A stretch of DNA of 64,000 nt from Antedon mediterranea (lineage: Eukaryota; Animalia; Echinodermata): positions 6,386,001 through 6,450,000 of the forward strand of contig NC_092673.1 in NCBI RefSeq assembly GCF_964355755.1, written 5' to 3'. Both the position numbers and the translations under genes were made by a program. Shown piece after piece: positions 63,881-64,000 of this stretch (positions within the stretch are counted from its first letter, which is position 1; each line of letters opens with the position of its first letter). The notes under the pieces are model-generated. The model was not told where the DNA came from and did not search any database. It saw nothing but the letters and a program-made list of their open reading frames with translations.

Positions 63881-64000
63881 ATACCTCTCACAATGCTGAT
63901 ACAATGACAGACAATACCAAAAAGACTTTATCTGTTTTTCTTACAACAACCAATACTTTTGATATAGGCCTCTTGTCAAACATCTGTTAATTAATGCAGT

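Overview
AT-rich, intron-containing animal genomic DNA, most likely an echinoderm. This is inferred from a univin-like TGF-beta ligand and abundant TAGGCCTA motifs. Host genes: a two-coding-exon univin/Vg1-like gene (+, 8795-10756), a complete 14-coding-exon CDC73/parafibromin gene (+, 50613-63880, 543 aa), and a tandemly duplicated minus-strand secreted-protein gene that the ORF track largely misses. Copy A is signal peptide + 4-Cys EGF-like exon + tail. Copy B has the same exons plus two in-phase C-type-lectin exons that sit inside a split MITE, and one of those exons is interrupted by a tRNA-containing MITE. Mobile DNA dominates the rest: (1) a very young 4.9-kb LTR element (1366-bp near-identical LTRs, 5-bp TSD, tRNA-Pro PBS) encoding only Gag+protease; (2) a 7.26-kb non-coding giant palindrome (about 3.5-kb arms, about 180-bp spacer) inserted with a clean TSD into a Rex/Babar-type LINE; (3) a decayed CR1-group LINE, nested Harbinger-type MITEs, Helentron-like elements and a hAT-like MITE. 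All coordinates and translations were read by eye and no database searches were run.
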